Assembly (NCBI GenBank): GCA_951406725.2
Contig: OX597835.1
Location: 43,462,001 to 43,526,000, forward strand
Length of the DNA: 64,000 nt
Direction of reading: 5' to 3'
Origin: Octopus vulgaris
Taxonomy: Eukaryota
Part shown: positions 40,305 through 54,743 of the stretch, piece by piece
Layout: each line of letters opens with the position of its first letter
Position numbering within the stretch: the first letter of the stretch is position 1
The notes under the pieces: model-generated
What the model saw: the letters and a program-made list of their open reading frames with translations, nothing else
What the model was told of the DNA's origin: nothing
Database searches by the model: none
Made by a program: the position numbers and the translations under genes

Positions 40305-40689
40305 CTAGCAGTATCGCCCGGCGTTGCTCGGGTTTGTAAGGGAAATAACTATATAAGCATTTTTAGAGATGTAAAGTATAATAGCCATCTCAATATGGCT
40401 AACCACAAAGGGGGGTGTTACTGTAGCTTTTTACGTTCTGAGATTTAATAATAAATTTTTAGAGAGTTACTTCCCATATATATGCCAAAAATGCATTAAA
40501 AATGGGAAAAATTGATGGTAAATTTTTTTCGTAAATCGTAGACGCGCGCTAATACCCAGAAGGGCTCGATATGAATCACGACTATAAGATACCCGGTTTT
40601 GGTTAAACTGCACCGCAAAATGTGGGAGTAGTTAGGAATCTAAATCGTAGGAGACAGACAGCACACAACCTCACTTTTATATATAAAGA
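40305..40689 (-). mobile_element. Non-autonomous Helitron
   Basis: Minus strand reads A|TCTTTATATATAAAAG...CCCGAGCAACGCCGGG (hairpin)...CTAG|T. Confidence 0.88.
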
Positions 40690-41001
40690 TATATATATAT
40701 ATATGTATGTGTGTGTATGTGTGTACAATTATATATATATGCATATATGTGTACACACACACACACACACACATTTTTTTCCGTTTCGAATGGGATGTTT
40801 TCAAATTTTTTTATCGCACAATTTGCAAATTACGGGAGAAACTTTTTATGAAAACAAATCTTCGAAAATTTATGATTTTTCCCTCTCAATTTCCGACCCG
40901 ATTTTGACTTTGTTTTTTACTCCGCACTTAAAAACGCTGGGACAGGCCTTAACGGTTAAAAAATAATTTTGGGGGATTCTCTGATCACCATCACAATCCT
41001 C

Positions 41002-41444
41002 GGATCTTTTCGGTTTGATCGGCAGTTTTTAACATAATTTCCACGTAACTAAAAAATTCTAAACTTCGTATACTGGTAGAATGTGTTTATAAAACATCTT
41101 TTTCTCTTGGCTTTATTTAGAAAATTCTATAGTTTGTAAGATATTTGTTGTTTTTTTTTTCTTCTTCAATTTCTGCAATTTCAACCAATCACTGACGTCT
41201 ATTGAGGTGAAAACATTCTGTGCCGTATGAATATGTCCCTCGTTTAAGAAACAGATTGGGTTTATTTACATTTGTGAAGAAAAAAGATACCCTTCCCCCC
41301 ACCCCTAACCCTAACCCTAACTCTAACCCTAATCCTAAAACAGATTGAAATGCAATGCAATAGATCGATACTAGGGACATAATTATGGGTGAAAATTTCA
41401 TATGACACCGCTAGAAAAAACTGCCGTTCAAACCGATAAGATCC
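41002..41444 (-). mobile_element. Merlin-like MITE flanked by a 135-bp direct duplication
   Basis: Both TIRs present and five CCCTAA-like units inside. 40867-41001 is repeated at 41445-41579. Confidence 0.92.
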
Positions 41445-41974
41445 AATTTATGATTCTTCCCTCTCAATTTCCGACCCGATTTTGACCTTTTTTTTTATCC
41501 GCACTTAAAAACGCTGGGACAGGCCTTGACGGTTAAAAAAATAATTTTGGGGGATTCTCTGATCACCATTACAATCCTCACTTTATTTTCAAACAGAAAA
41601 TGAAAAATTTCATTAACCCCTTTTCCACCCCCTATAAATCTTAAAATTTGGGGGATTTTCGAAATTCTTTTATATCATAGGTATAAAATACGGATACTAT
41701 GAATCTGCAATTTGGTTTCTGTTTATAATTTTTACATGATTTTCAGACGGACAAGTGTGTGATCTCAGAATGATTTGGCTGTTGTTTCTAGCACATCTCA
41801 CGACCACCTGCTACCTTCAACCTTTCTTTGTCACCTGTATTGATGTGTTTAAATATTTTTGTCCCCATGAAGATATTTTATGGATTGATGATGTGTGTTG
41901 GTACACTACTTGGATTTAAACAACAAAACATTTTTGTAGTTTAAATTTTATATCCGCACCTCATATCAAGCGAG

Positions 41975-42058
<84 letters not shown>

Positions 42059-42133
42059 TGTGTGCGTGCATATAAAAAAAACATATTTACTAACAGTGAA
42101 GTGTGCTATTAAATTAGATTATCTTTTACATAG

Positions 42134-42930
<797 letters not shown>

Positions 42931-43239
42931 AGAGATACCTTTTTTAAAATCACTCTGTTGCCCAAATAAAAGTCCTTACACATGCATATACACACACTGA
43001 CAAACACACACTTACACACACATACACTCTCAGTATGAGGTATATACTTTTATAGAGAGTGAGAATGTGGTAAATATATATGTAGAGGGGGAAAAGTTTA
43101 CCAAAAGCGAAAACTGAAAGAGAAGACGGAGAGGTCGTTCGTTGTTGTCGCAGATTTTGAAATTTTAAAATTAAGCGAAAATTTTCAAATTTGGTTTATT
43201 GGTGTACAATTTCTCACTGAATCAGAGTCAGTCATTCAT

Positions 43240-43649
43240 TTACTCTTTTACTCGTTTCAGTCATTTGACTGCGGCCATGCTGGAGCACCGCCTTTAATCG
43301 AGGAACTCGACCCCGGGACTTATTCTTTGTAACCCCAGTACTTATTCTATCGGTCTCTTTTTGCCGAACCGCTAAGTAACGGGGACATAAACACACCAGC
43401 ATCGGTTGTCAAGCAATGCTAGGGGGACAAACACAGACACACAAACACACACACGCATATATATATATATATATACACATATATACGACGGGCTTCTTTC
43501 AGTTTCCGTCTACCAAATCCACTCACAAGGCTTTGGTCGGCTCGAGGCTATAGTAGAAGACACTTGCCCAAGGTGCCACGCAGTGGGACTGAACCCGGAA
43601 CCATGTGGTTGATAGACAAGCTACTTACCACACAGCCACTCCTGCGCCT
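43240..43649 (-). mobile_element. SINE family A (full length)
   Basis: All modules, close to consensus. Confidence 0.92.
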
Positions 43650-44089
43650 TCATTTATTCTAGAAAATTTTCAGAAAAATGTTACAGAGGTTTAAGCTTTG
43701 GTTATTTTTAGCCAATCGGCAAACAAAATTTGAGCGTAACAGCTGTCATAAAATGAGATTAAACATCAGACGAAGTTTTAAACAAAATGAAAGCAATGCG
43801 TGAGGCATAATAGATATTCAGAAAGAGTGAGGAGAGAGAGAAGCGGGAAGAAGCGAGAGAGGGGTGGAGAAGAGAGAGATAAAGAGTGTAGTAAGTAAGA
43901 GAGAGAAAGATTAATGGTGATACAGTGGGAGTGTTGTTAATGTAAAAAGTGAGTTATTTCTCGTAGGAAATTGCTTTTTTTTTTTGTTTTTACTATTATT
44001 TACGATCGATCTTCTCTTTGGGACGCAGACTTCGAAAATCAAATTTGTTTTTCTTGAAGATGCATCGTTTCAGAGCCTTTCGGGGCTAA

Positions 44090-44450
44090 ACACACATACA
44101 TAACCACACACAGCCGCGTATATAGGGAGAATTCACAAAAAAAACCCCCAAAAGACAGGTAGTGTAGACAACAAACAGATGTATTAGTTTAACGCTCGGG
44201 AAGTGAAAAAGTCTTAAACGTTTCGAGCCTACGCTCTTCCACAGAAAGAAACAAGGAGAGAAAATAAAGAATCTCACTATTCGTGTGTACCGTTGGCGAT
44301 TTTTTTCCCTCTGTCTTCCCTTCTCTGGATCTTTCCTTTTCCTATGTTTCTGACGAAGAGCTCCGCTCGAAACGTTAAACCCTCCTTCATCCCTTCCTTC
44401 CCGAGCGTCCAATAATACTATATTTGTTCCACGTCCTCGCGTTGTTGTGT
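44090..44450. mobile_element. Two divergently oriented Penelope-like terminal fragments, each with a hammerhead-like motif
   Basis: Minus copy 44090-44280 (CTGTGGA..GAGCGTAGGCTCGAAACGT) abuts plus copy 44280-44450. Confidence 0.6.
44346..44380 (+). ncRNA. Minimal hammerhead motif
   Basis: GTTT-CTGACGA-A-GAGC tcc GCTC-GAA-ACGT-T-AAAC. Confidence 0.6.
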
Positions 44451-45529
44451 ATATATATATATTCCCCTTTCCCCTCTCCCTGTTACTCACACGTGACTGC
44501 AGACCATTTTTCTTGCCTCTGTCTTTTCTGGAAGGAACGTCCAGATAACCGGACGTCATTTCTCTCGCCCCTCGATATCTTCTTTTCTATTTTTTCTCTT
44601 CTATTTATTCTATATCCTATCAAAATTTCTTCCATGCGTTACTCATTACAATTCGTCTTGACCTAACGGCCCTAAACGTCTGTCTTCGTCGATTGTTTCT
44701 GTACGTCCACTCTGGTGTCATTTGTTCCTTCGAAGCCCTAACTCTCTAAAAATTTTATATTTTTTAAATTTCTGGATGCTGTTGTCTAACGAAGTTTTCA
44801 TATTTTGTCGTCAAAAGCACGAAACAGGTAGTAATAAACAGTCGACAACTGAGGAGGAGTCAGAATTCTTTTGCTATTTTGTCCTCTACTTGTCTCCCGT
44901 TGTGTGTTTACGTCTTTTTCTCTCGTTGGTGATGTCCTGTACTTAATGTGTATTTTTTATACCCCCCACCATCGCTTGACAACCGATATTGGTGTGTTTA
45001 CGTCCCCGTAATCTAGCAGTTCAGCAAAAGAGACCAATAGAACAAGTACTAGGCTTACAAAGAATAAGTCCTGGGGCCGATTTGCTCGACTAAAGTCGGT
45101 GCTCCAGCTGAAACAAATAGAAGAATATATACACATATATACATCCACACATAATAGAGAGAGAGAGAGTTCTTGGGGCTAGGCACTGGCTTCTAGAAAC
45201 GGCCCATGCACAGTATAGGTGTTTATGTAACTGTCTCTGCAACACCGTCAATCAACAAGAAAACGGTCGATCATATAAGAAACAATTCTGACGTTTCTCT
45301 CATGGTACAATGCTACTAACAAGTAGAACATACTAATTTAATAACCAATGTTGTGGTTCCAACCTTGTTTGGTCTCAACATTATCATGGCATTTGTTAGA
45401 CAACTTCGAGGATTTGTTTTAGAACAGAGCTAATATGAAATTCGTATGCAGTGTGTTGCATAATTTTTGCTTAACACACATTCTAATCCACCAGATGATA
45501 TATTTTGTGTGTAGGTGTACACGCATGTT

Positions 45530-46040
<511 letters not shown>

Positions 46041-46318
46041 TATTTATATATATGACAGTTTGTAAAAAAACTAAAAAAAACTCGGAGGAATTAGTTTGCC
46101 GTGACAAAAGTAAAGATTAACGTTTTGAGCAGATTTTTTTTTTCGGTAGTTTACTGAAATATGGCAAACTAGTTTATTCCAATTTGCATATTTGCCAACA
46201 TCTTCTACTTAACACTTTGCCGAGCGAGTCTTTCGTCCGCCCGCTTTCTCGAGTTTCTACAGTTTCATTTTGATATCGAAACAGTTACAGTGAAAAAAGA
46301 ACAGCAGCGTTTCTTTAC

Positions 46319-46462
46319 CGTATTATTCTGAAGCTGGTCAGAATAACCACGATGATTCCTGGTGAATTGGGAATCTGAGACATTCTTTGCATCGTTCCTT
46401 GGGCTTTTAACTCGTGACACAGCCGTAGGGTCGTCTCCTGACATACAGCCTGTCTTGGGCAT
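46319..46462 (-). CDS. Candidate first coding exon (unassigned)
   Basis: ATG in AAAATGC context, then 48 open codons (MPKTGCMSGDDP...QLQNNT) and ACG|GTAAAG. No recognisable domain. Confidence 0.2.
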
Positions 46463-47199
46463 TTTCCAGCTTATTATTGCTGTTGTAGTTGTGGTTGTTG
46501 TTGTTGTTGCTGCTGCTGTTGTTGTTGTTTGAAGGAGAAGAAGAAGAAGAAGAAGAAGAAGAAGAAGAAGAAGAAGAAGAAGAAGAAGAAGACGAAGAAA
46601 AGAAGAAGACGAAGAAGAAGAAGAAGAAGAAGAAGAAGAAGAAGAAGAAGAAGAAGAATTCCTTTATTGGCCACAAGGGCCGCACACAAACAAAGGATGA
46701 CAAAACACAAAGAACAGTCGAGATTTACATATAGTACGCATAAAGAGTAAAAAAATTATAACACTTGTATTGTAAAAGAGAAGCGGATCTCCGTCTGCCT
46801 GTCTGTCACATCTTTTAAAGGGAGGGAAAGAAGAGGAGGAATCAAAATGTACGTCACACCGTATATTTAGAAAAAGGAGAGGAGAATAGTTGTTGAGAGA
46901 GAAATACAGTGTGTGAGCAAGGGAATGTGTGTGAGTGTGTGCGTGATAGATTAGATAGATAGATAGATAGATAGATAGATTGTTAAGTTGGTAGGTAGGT
47001 AGATAGTTTTGTTACCGTAGTAACAAATTTTGATTGAAAACGCGAGGATTTATGTGCAAGTCTGTCAACACAACGCAACACAACTTTAAAACATGATTTT
47101 CTTTGTATAACAATATAGTTATTTGTTGGATGTTTGTACGTTTGTGTCTATGTATTTCTTTATGTCTTCCAATATAGAGACAACGCAATGCAGCACCGA

Positions 47200-47445
47200 C
47201 CGCATTTCTCGACTGGGTGAGAACTGTGAACGCCTACCGACACTCCAGGTGCCAAGCACCCTATCTCAGTCTGCGCTTGATCCAGAACTGTGACTCTGTC
47301 AATGAGACGAGCTACGGAAAATCCTGTGCGACAAATGGTGACTACACCTACTCACCGCCAAGGAAGAGCCGGAGATGTCGTAGCCTCAGCGCATGTCTGT
47401 GCATCATCATCCACGGTATGCCCAGCCCTCCATTCAGACTACGGC
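47200..47445 (-). pseudogene. Tx1/L1-like LINE ORF2 fragment (decayed)
   Basis: Minus-strand frame LNGGLGIPW...HALRLRHL with several stops. GGLG is the post-RT motif of L1/Tx1 elements. Confidence 0.5.
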
Positions 47446-47568
47446 ATGTACTTGCATTGCTTCAAACTACGTTTCCTTTCTTCACTGTTTGATGGCTTCC
47501 TGTGTCCGCTTTCCCTTATATCATTCCTTTTCGCCTATAAACCACACTCAGCTCATTATTTTACTCAT

Positions 47569-47960
47569 TACTCTTTTACTTGTTTCAGTCATTTGACTGC
47601 GGCCATGCTGGAGCACCGCCTTTAGTCGAGCAACTCGACCCCGGGACTTATTCTTTTGTAAGCCTAGTACTTATTCAATCGGTCTCTTTTGCCGAACCGC
47701 TAAGTAACGGGGACGTAAACACACCAGCATCGGTCGTCAAGCAATGCTAGGGGGACAAACACAGACACACAAACACACACATACATATATATACATATAT
47801 ACGACGGGCTTCTTTCAGTTTCCGTCTACCAAATCCACTCACAAGGCTTTGGTCGGCCCGAGGCTATAGTAGAAGACACTTGCCCAAGGTGCCACGCAGT
47901 GGGACTGAACCCAGAACCATGTGGTTGGTTAGCAAGCTATTTACCACACAGCCACTCCTG
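47569..47960 (-). mobile_element. SINE family A (full length)
   Basis: All modules. Confidence 0.92.
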
Positions 47961-48454
47961 TATATTTTTTAATCTCTGTTCGCAAAAAGCATTTGTTATT
48001 CTCATCTTTGCAGTTTAATACTTTAAAATCTGGCCGGTAGGATGTTGAATATATTTGAAGGGGGAAATAGTGCTGAAAATGAGTGCTAGGGCAAGAGCTG
48101 CGTATAGTAGTTTTGAGGCTGTCACTTGGTTAAGGAGTCGCAATTTGGTTATTGTTAGCATAGATGCTTCCTTAGAAAGATTTTCTCCACTTCCTTTTAT
48201 CGTTGCTTAGACAGAGGAGAAAGGACAACGTTCATGATCCCTTATTAGGGATCCAATGACTTATTGGAAAGACGGACGGAAGGAAGGAGGGAAGGAAATT
48301 TGGGTCTAATGTTTGCATGAGAATGGATTCCGCTAGAACGTCCCTAAGTAAGAATAAAAAAAAGTCACAGAAAAAATCTCACTGGGAAAAAAAAAAACCC
48401 AAATCTCTGGAGGAAAGCATTCTTTTTGAATAAAGATTTTATTTTTCATATGTC

Positions 48455-48663
48455 TAATCTTTTCTCTTATAGGCACAAGGCCTGAGATTGTTTCGAGGAG
48501 GGATAGTCGACTCCATTGCTTGACCGGTCCTCTTTTCATTGACCCCGAAAGGATGAAAGGCAAAATCGACCTTGGCAGAATTTGAACTTAGAACGTAAAT
48601 ACGGACGAAATACAGCCAAGCATTTCGCTAGGCGTGCTAACGATTCTGCCAGCTCCGCTGCCT
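48455..48663 (-). mobile_element. SINE family B
   Basis: Homologous to 5567-5798 with an alternative 3' end (GGCCTTGTGCCTATA). Confidence 0.78.
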
Positions 48664-49039
48664 TATTTTTCGCATTTATAATGCCACCATATAAAGATTA
48701 TGTAGAAGTTACGTAGAGTCAGTTAATAACTGATTTAAAATACTTCATTGTTTCAATTGTTTGTTTGTCTTTCAATAAAATGTGACTTTTTTCCAGACTA
48801 AAATTATGATGTCTTATGGGACTTGTTTTCCGGACGTCCTTCGTGGGAGGTGTTTAAAGGAGCTGACAATAACAATAATAATAATGACACTGCTGGATAA
48901 AGACTAACTTAGAACTGCACAACGACAACAAGACCAGGTAAAAACTAGCCTGGGATTAAACAACAACACTAAGACCCCTTGATAAGGGTCTGGACAGGAA
49001 CTGCACAACAAGAAGGACAGCAACAACAATAATAATGAA

Positions 49040-49250
49040 TCTTTCTTCTAGTATAGGCGCAAGGCCTGCAATTTTCGTAGGTGGTGGCTAGTGGATTGCA
49101 TCGACCCCCGGTGCCGAACTGGTCACTTATTTCGTCGTTCCTGAAACGATAAAAGACAAAGTCGATATCGGAGGAATTTGAACTCAGAATGTAAAGATGG
49201 AAGAAACGACGCTAAAACATTTTGTCCGACATGCTAGCGTTTCTGCCAAT
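49040..49250 (-). mobile_element. SINE family B (diverged)
   Basis: B box and Nin/Deu-like domain. Confidence 0.7.
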
Positions 49251-49790
49251 GCCCTGATGCAATACCAGGAACTGGTTCTCATCGCTTCTGATCTTAACTG
49301 ATTGGAAGTGTTATCATGTACATTGTTTTGTCTTGGTATAAAAAGATGGGCGACAGCAAATATTCTGCTCAATACCACATATTTGCTTGTCAGTTGTTTG
49401 ACCTTAACCAGTTGAGCATGTCTTTTGGTGGCTGACGATATGTGCATCTCTGATCACGAGCAGAAGTAGTGTTGAGAGGAATTCTTTGATTTTTGAATAA
49501 TTCACCTCTGGAAACATGGGTGTTTCATTCATCGTCCTTAAACAGCCCTTATTCAGAGACCTTGTGAGCAGGATGGGCTATTCGACCTGAAGAAAATTCT
49601 AACTGGGCCCCACCTGCAAGGTCATGCACTGTTTTTCTTGATATGAGGTTACAATGTTGTGCACATATGTTTGTGATGCATGTGCCTTGCCTGGTGTACC
49701 CTTATCAGACGGGTAGTCATGATGGATATACCGGGCTTTGTATATTTGTACCCCAGTGTCACTTTGATGGCATGCACTACTCTCTCACTC

Positions 49791-49865
<75 letters not shown>

Positions 49866-49877
49866 AAGAAGAAGAAG
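49251..49877 (+). mobile_element. Probable retroelement 3' region ending in (AAT)n(GAA)n
   Basis: Non-coding block that interrupts a SINE head and ends in a simple-repeat tail. Family not assignable. Confidence 0.4.
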
Positions 49878-50582
49878 GAGAGCAACAATAAGCATTAATG
49901 AGCTAACTTTTACAGCTCAGTATTGAAAATGAATTTTATTTAAATAAAGATGTAATATCTAATATTCCATTAGTCCGTTTTTACACTCCATTTACCCCCC
50001 ATCGTTCCTTTACTCTCCCTTTCTCTCTTCATACTCTGTTAATACGCTCTCCTTATCCCCTCTCCCTTTCTCTCTTCATACTCTCCCTTCTTTGGACCTA
50101 CTCCTCCTCCTCCTCCTCCTCCTCCCCATCCTCAACCCACACTCCAGGATCTCCTCTTCCTTCCATCAAACAATTTCCCTCTCATCCAATCTACTCTTTT
50201 TGTTCCTAACATCCTCTCATTTCTCTCCCTCTCCCCCTTACTCTCCTCATACTGTTTTCCTCCCCTTACCTTCTGCCTCTCCCCTCTTGTAATGCTCTCC
50301 CGCTTCCCGCTTCTGTTCCTCCATCTTTCACTATATTTTCATCTCCTCCCTCTCTTCCTCCTCTACTCTTCCTTTCCCTTTTCAGAAACTATTGTTCCCT
50401 CTTGTCCTACACCTTCTTCTTCTTCCTCTTCATCACCTTTGTCTCACACTCCTTCACTCCTTGAACCTCCCCCCCCAACTCACCTTTCTCAGACAAAAGC
50501 CACAATCATTGGCCGCCTGCTGCCAGCTGAATTCAGAAGCTGACCTACAGAAGAAACGAGAAAAACAAACTTGTGTCACATT

Positions 50583-50760
50583 AGGCGCAGGAGTGGCTGT
50601 GTGGTAAGTAGCTTGTTTACCAACCACATGGTTCCGGGTTCAGTCCCACTGCGTGGCGCCTTGGGCAAGTGTCTTCTACTATTGCCTCGGGCCAACCAAA
50701 GCCTTGTGAGTGGATTTGGTAGACGGAAACTGAAAGAAGCCCGTCGTATATATGTATGTG

Positions 50761-50797
<37 letters not shown>

Positions 50798-51020
50798 GTA
50801 TGCGTTTGTGTGTCTGTGTTTGTCCCCCTAGCATTGCTTGACAACCGATGCTGGTGTGTTTATGTCCCCGTCACTTAGCGGTTCGGCAAAAAGAGACCGA
50901 TAGAATAAGTACTGGGCTTACAGAAGAATAAGTCCCGGGGTCGAGTTGCTCGATTAAAGGCGGTGCTCCAGCATGGCCACAGTCAAATGACTGAAACAAG
51001 TAAAAGAAAAGAAAGAAAGA
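50583..51020 (+). mobile_element. SINE family A (full length)
   Basis: From head AGGCGCAGGAGTGGCTGTGTGG through the tail. Confidence 0.92.
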
Positions 51021-51187
51021 AAGAATTACTTTCTGTCACAAACCTGTGTCTGTTGCTTGTCTGTTACAAACCTGTGTCACAACCACAGCCGTTGGTTTGT
51101 CACAAACGTTTGTCATTCAGTCAATGGACTGTTGTAAACCTCTATTACAAAGTTTTGTCACTCAGTATATAGTTTGTTACAAACTTG

Positions 51188-51616
51188 GGATCTTTTCGGT
51201 TTGAACGGCAGTTTTTTTCTAGCGGTGTCATATGAAATTGTCACACATAATTATGACCCTAGTATCGATCTATTGCATTTCAATCTGTTTTAGGGTTAAG
51301 GTTAGTTAGGGTTAGGGGTGGGGGAAGGGTATCTTTTTTCTTCACAAATGTAAATAAACACAATCTGTTTCCTAAACGAGGGACATATTCATACGGCACA
51401 GAATGTTTTTTTTACCTCAATGGACGTCACTGATTGGTTGAAATTGCAGAAATTGAAGAAAAAAAAACAAGAAATATCTTACAAACTACAGAATTTTCTC
51501 AATAAAGCCAAGAGTAAAAGATGTTTTATAAACACATTCTACCAGTATACGAAGTTTAAATTTTTCTAGTTACCTAGGAATTATGTTAAAAACTGCCGTT
51601 CAAACCGAAAAGATCC
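51188..51616 (+). mobile_element. Merlin-like MITE, complete, 8-bp TSD
   Basis: TSD CAAACTTG at 51180-51187 and 51617-51624. Confidence 0.92.
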
Positions 51617-51685
51617 CAAACTTGTGTTACAAGGTCGTCAATCTGTCACAGACTTATGCCACTCAAACTTCCGTTTTTGATATCC

Positions 51686-52057
51686 TCATATGAAATTGTC
51701 ACCCATAATTAAGACCCTAGTATCGATCTATTGCATTTCAATCTGTTTTAGGGTTAGGGGTGGGGGGAAGGGTATCCTTTTTTCTTCACAAATGTAAATA
51801 AACCCAATCTGTTTCTTAAACGAGGGACATATTCATACGGCACGGAATGTTTTTTTACCTCAATGGACGTCACTTATTGGTTGAAATTGCAGAAATTGAA
51901 GAAAAAAACAAGAAATATCTTACAAACCATAGAATTTTCTCAATAAAGCGAAGAGAAAAAGATATTTTATAAACACATTCTACCAGCATACGAAGTTTAA
52001 AATTTTCTAGTTACCTAGGAATTATGTTAAAAACTGCCGTTCAAACCGAAAAGATCC
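51686..52057 (+). mobile_element. Merlin-like MITE lacking the left TIR (tandem-duplication product)
   Basis: 51228-51685 is repeated at 51686-52126, with TCATA at each junction. Confidence 0.88.
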
Positions 52058-52394
52058 CAAACTTGTGTTACAAGGTCATCAATCTGTCGCAGACTTATGC
52101 CACTCAAACTTCCATTTTTGATCTCCTCATACCTACGTCACTAAGTCTTCGATTTGCTTAATACCTATGTCATTTAGCCTTCGATTTGTCACAAACCCGC
52201 TTCACGTAAATTTCGACCGGCCACGCATACATCAAGCAGTTTTCTATTGTGGTCCCACAGTGACTATTAATCTGAACAATTATATATTATGTTTCGAAAT
52301 AATTTATGCAGTGACGATAATACAAAATTATGCGCAATGATTGATATAATAGACACAGAATACAGACAGGGGGAGGGTAGGAAAGATTTTTTTT

Positions 52395-52768
52395 TTTACT
52401 TGTTTTAGTCATGTGACTGAGGCCATGCTGGAGCACCGCCTTTAGTCGATCAAATCGACCCCAGGACTTATTCTTTGTAAGCCTAGTACTTTTTTATCGG
52501 TCTATTTTTTGCTGAACCACTAAGTTACGGGGACGTAAACACACCAGCATCAGTTGTCAAGCGATGTTGGGGGGACAAACACAGACACACAAACACACAT
52601 ATACATATATATATGCATATGTACGACAGGCTTCTTTCAGTTTCCGTCTACCAATTCCACTCACAAGGCTTTGGTCGGCCCGAGGCTATAATAGAAGACA
52701 TTTGCCCAAGGTGCCACATAGTGGGACTGAACCCGTAACCATATGGTTCGTAAGCCACTCCTACGCCT
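52395..52768 (-). mobile_element. SINE family A
   Basis: Family modules. Confidence 0.88.
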
Positions 52769-52869
52769 GTAAAATCAGTAGTTTCTTTTTTTTATTATTA
52801 AGGTGTACCAGTGAGGCACAAGAGCTATAACTAAAAAGATTCACCAGTCTGCCTCGGGGGCCCGAAAGA

Positions 52870-53075
52870 AGAAAAAAATGAAAAATGCGTTACCCCGGAG
52901 GATGGCGCGGGAGATTCGCTGAGACAACCAAACCGACTCACGGTCCTCGCACGCCCCGATAGCAGTGAGCAGAGATATACTCCGTAAGTCAAGAATGCCA
53001 GAGGTCTCCACTAGCACAAGCTCGATCACCGGTAAGCAAGGGAGTTAACTCCGGTCATATTTGGATGTTATCAGA
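52870..53075 (-). pseudogene. CRE-like (RLE-type) non-LTR retrotransposon C-terminal fragment
   Basis: KY...VETSGI....SLL.AIG...RES.WLSQRISRAILRGNA matches the ET.G...QR.S.AI.RGNA end of early-branching RLE elements. Confidence 0.75.
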
Positions 53076-54069
53076 CCTCATCGAGGAAACAAACTTGTTT
53101 CTATATAACAGTATTATACATCGGTCCGTCTGAAATATTTACAGACTTTAATGAATGAGATTAATACTTAAAATGAAGTTTAGACATATTTTGAGGGGAC
53201 TGGAGGAAAATAAACACTTTGTGGTCGATGTTTTGTATGTATTGAGCTTAACATTCATATGGTATGTAACGTACGCGCATAAACACACCAATTATTCATA
53301 TTCACACAATTCAGCGTACGCCACACACACACACACACACACACATACATTAGCCATTACATGTACACATATCCAGCCACCACAATCATGCACTCACACA
53401 CACACACAAGCCATTACACGCACACACATCCGTCACCACACGCAGGCATACGCACACACACGCCAGCCTTATACACACACTCACAAGCCATTATAACAGC
53501 TATCATACACACATACATAGATACAGAGATCAGTTGTCATATATACGAACACATATACACACATGTCAGTCATCAAACACACACAGATACACACATAGGC
53601 CATCACACACACGCATACACACACCACCCTAGACTTGCCATCACATGCAGTCGCACACACATATACATGTTGCTAGGAACAAGCAGACTTGCCTGTACGT
53701 AGTTGCTTCAGCTGCTAGAAATGGCAACCAAATCTCCCTCAACGCAGTCCGTACTCTCTTTCAAAAGAGCCATACAACAATGGCTGTCGTTTATGAGTCA
53801 GTATCATGCACCATGTTTTTGCTAATCATCTTAGGTGCCTATGTAGTCGCGAGCAGATATAGGTCCCTACAGCATTGACCCTTCCACCTTTGACCATGCA
53901 GAACATCGAAGACGTGACAGATGGAAGGAAAAAGGGAACGTGAGTGGATTTGGTTTATAGGGACGGACAGAGGCCCGTCGTATAGAGTCATGAAAGGGCA
54001 CAGGCCGTTGGATTTTGAATGATTTTGAACGGTATGATTCACGTATACACCTGATGAAAACAGTTTTTT

Positions 54070-54420
54070 CTATTGATGTAATATAGGATCCTGGTTTCGA
54101 ATCCCAGACCGGGCGTTGTGAGTGTTTATTGAGTGAAAACACCTTCAGCTCCACGAGGCTCCGGCAGGGGATGCTGGCGAACCCTGCTGTACTCTTTCAC
54201 TGCAACTTTCTCTCACTGTTACTTCCTGTTTCTGTTATGCCTGTAATTCAAAGGGCCAGTTTTGTCACACTCTGTGTCACGCTGAACCTACCCGAGAACT
54301 ACGTTAAGGGTACACATGTCTGTGGAGTGCTCAGCCACTTACACGTTAATTTCACGAGCAGGCTGTTCCGTTGATTGGTTCAACTGGAACCCTCGTCGTC
54401 GTAAGCGAAGGAGTACCAAC
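54070..54420 (+). mobile_element. SINE family C (tRNA-derived), head truncated
   Basis: B box GGTTTCGAATCCC. Body shared with 59196-59362. Confidence 0.75.
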
Positions 54421-54429
54421 AAATATATA

Positions 54430-54670
54430 TATATGTCGTATATATGTGTGTGTGTGTGTGTAGTTTGTGTGTCTGTGTTTGTCCCCCTAGCATTGCTTGA
54501 CAACCGATGCTGGTGTGTTTACGTCCCCGTCACTTAGCGGTTCGGCAAAAGAGACCGATAGAATAAGTACTGGGCTTGCAAAATATAAGTCCCGGGGTCG
54601 ATTTGCTCAACTAAAGGCGGTGCTCCAGCATGGCTGCAGTCAAATGACTGAAACAAGTAAAAGAGAGAAA
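54430..54670 (+). mobile_element. SINE family A, 3' half
   Basis: Family modules. Possible 5' part at 53935-53985. Confidence 0.85.
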
Positions 54671-54676
54671 GAGAAT

Positions 54677-54743
<67 letters not shown>

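Noticed and set aside
50583-50655. tRNA-like sequence (also 59290-59362)
   Set aside because: These are SINE heads with A/B boxes that continue into SINE bodies. No convincing cloverleaf.
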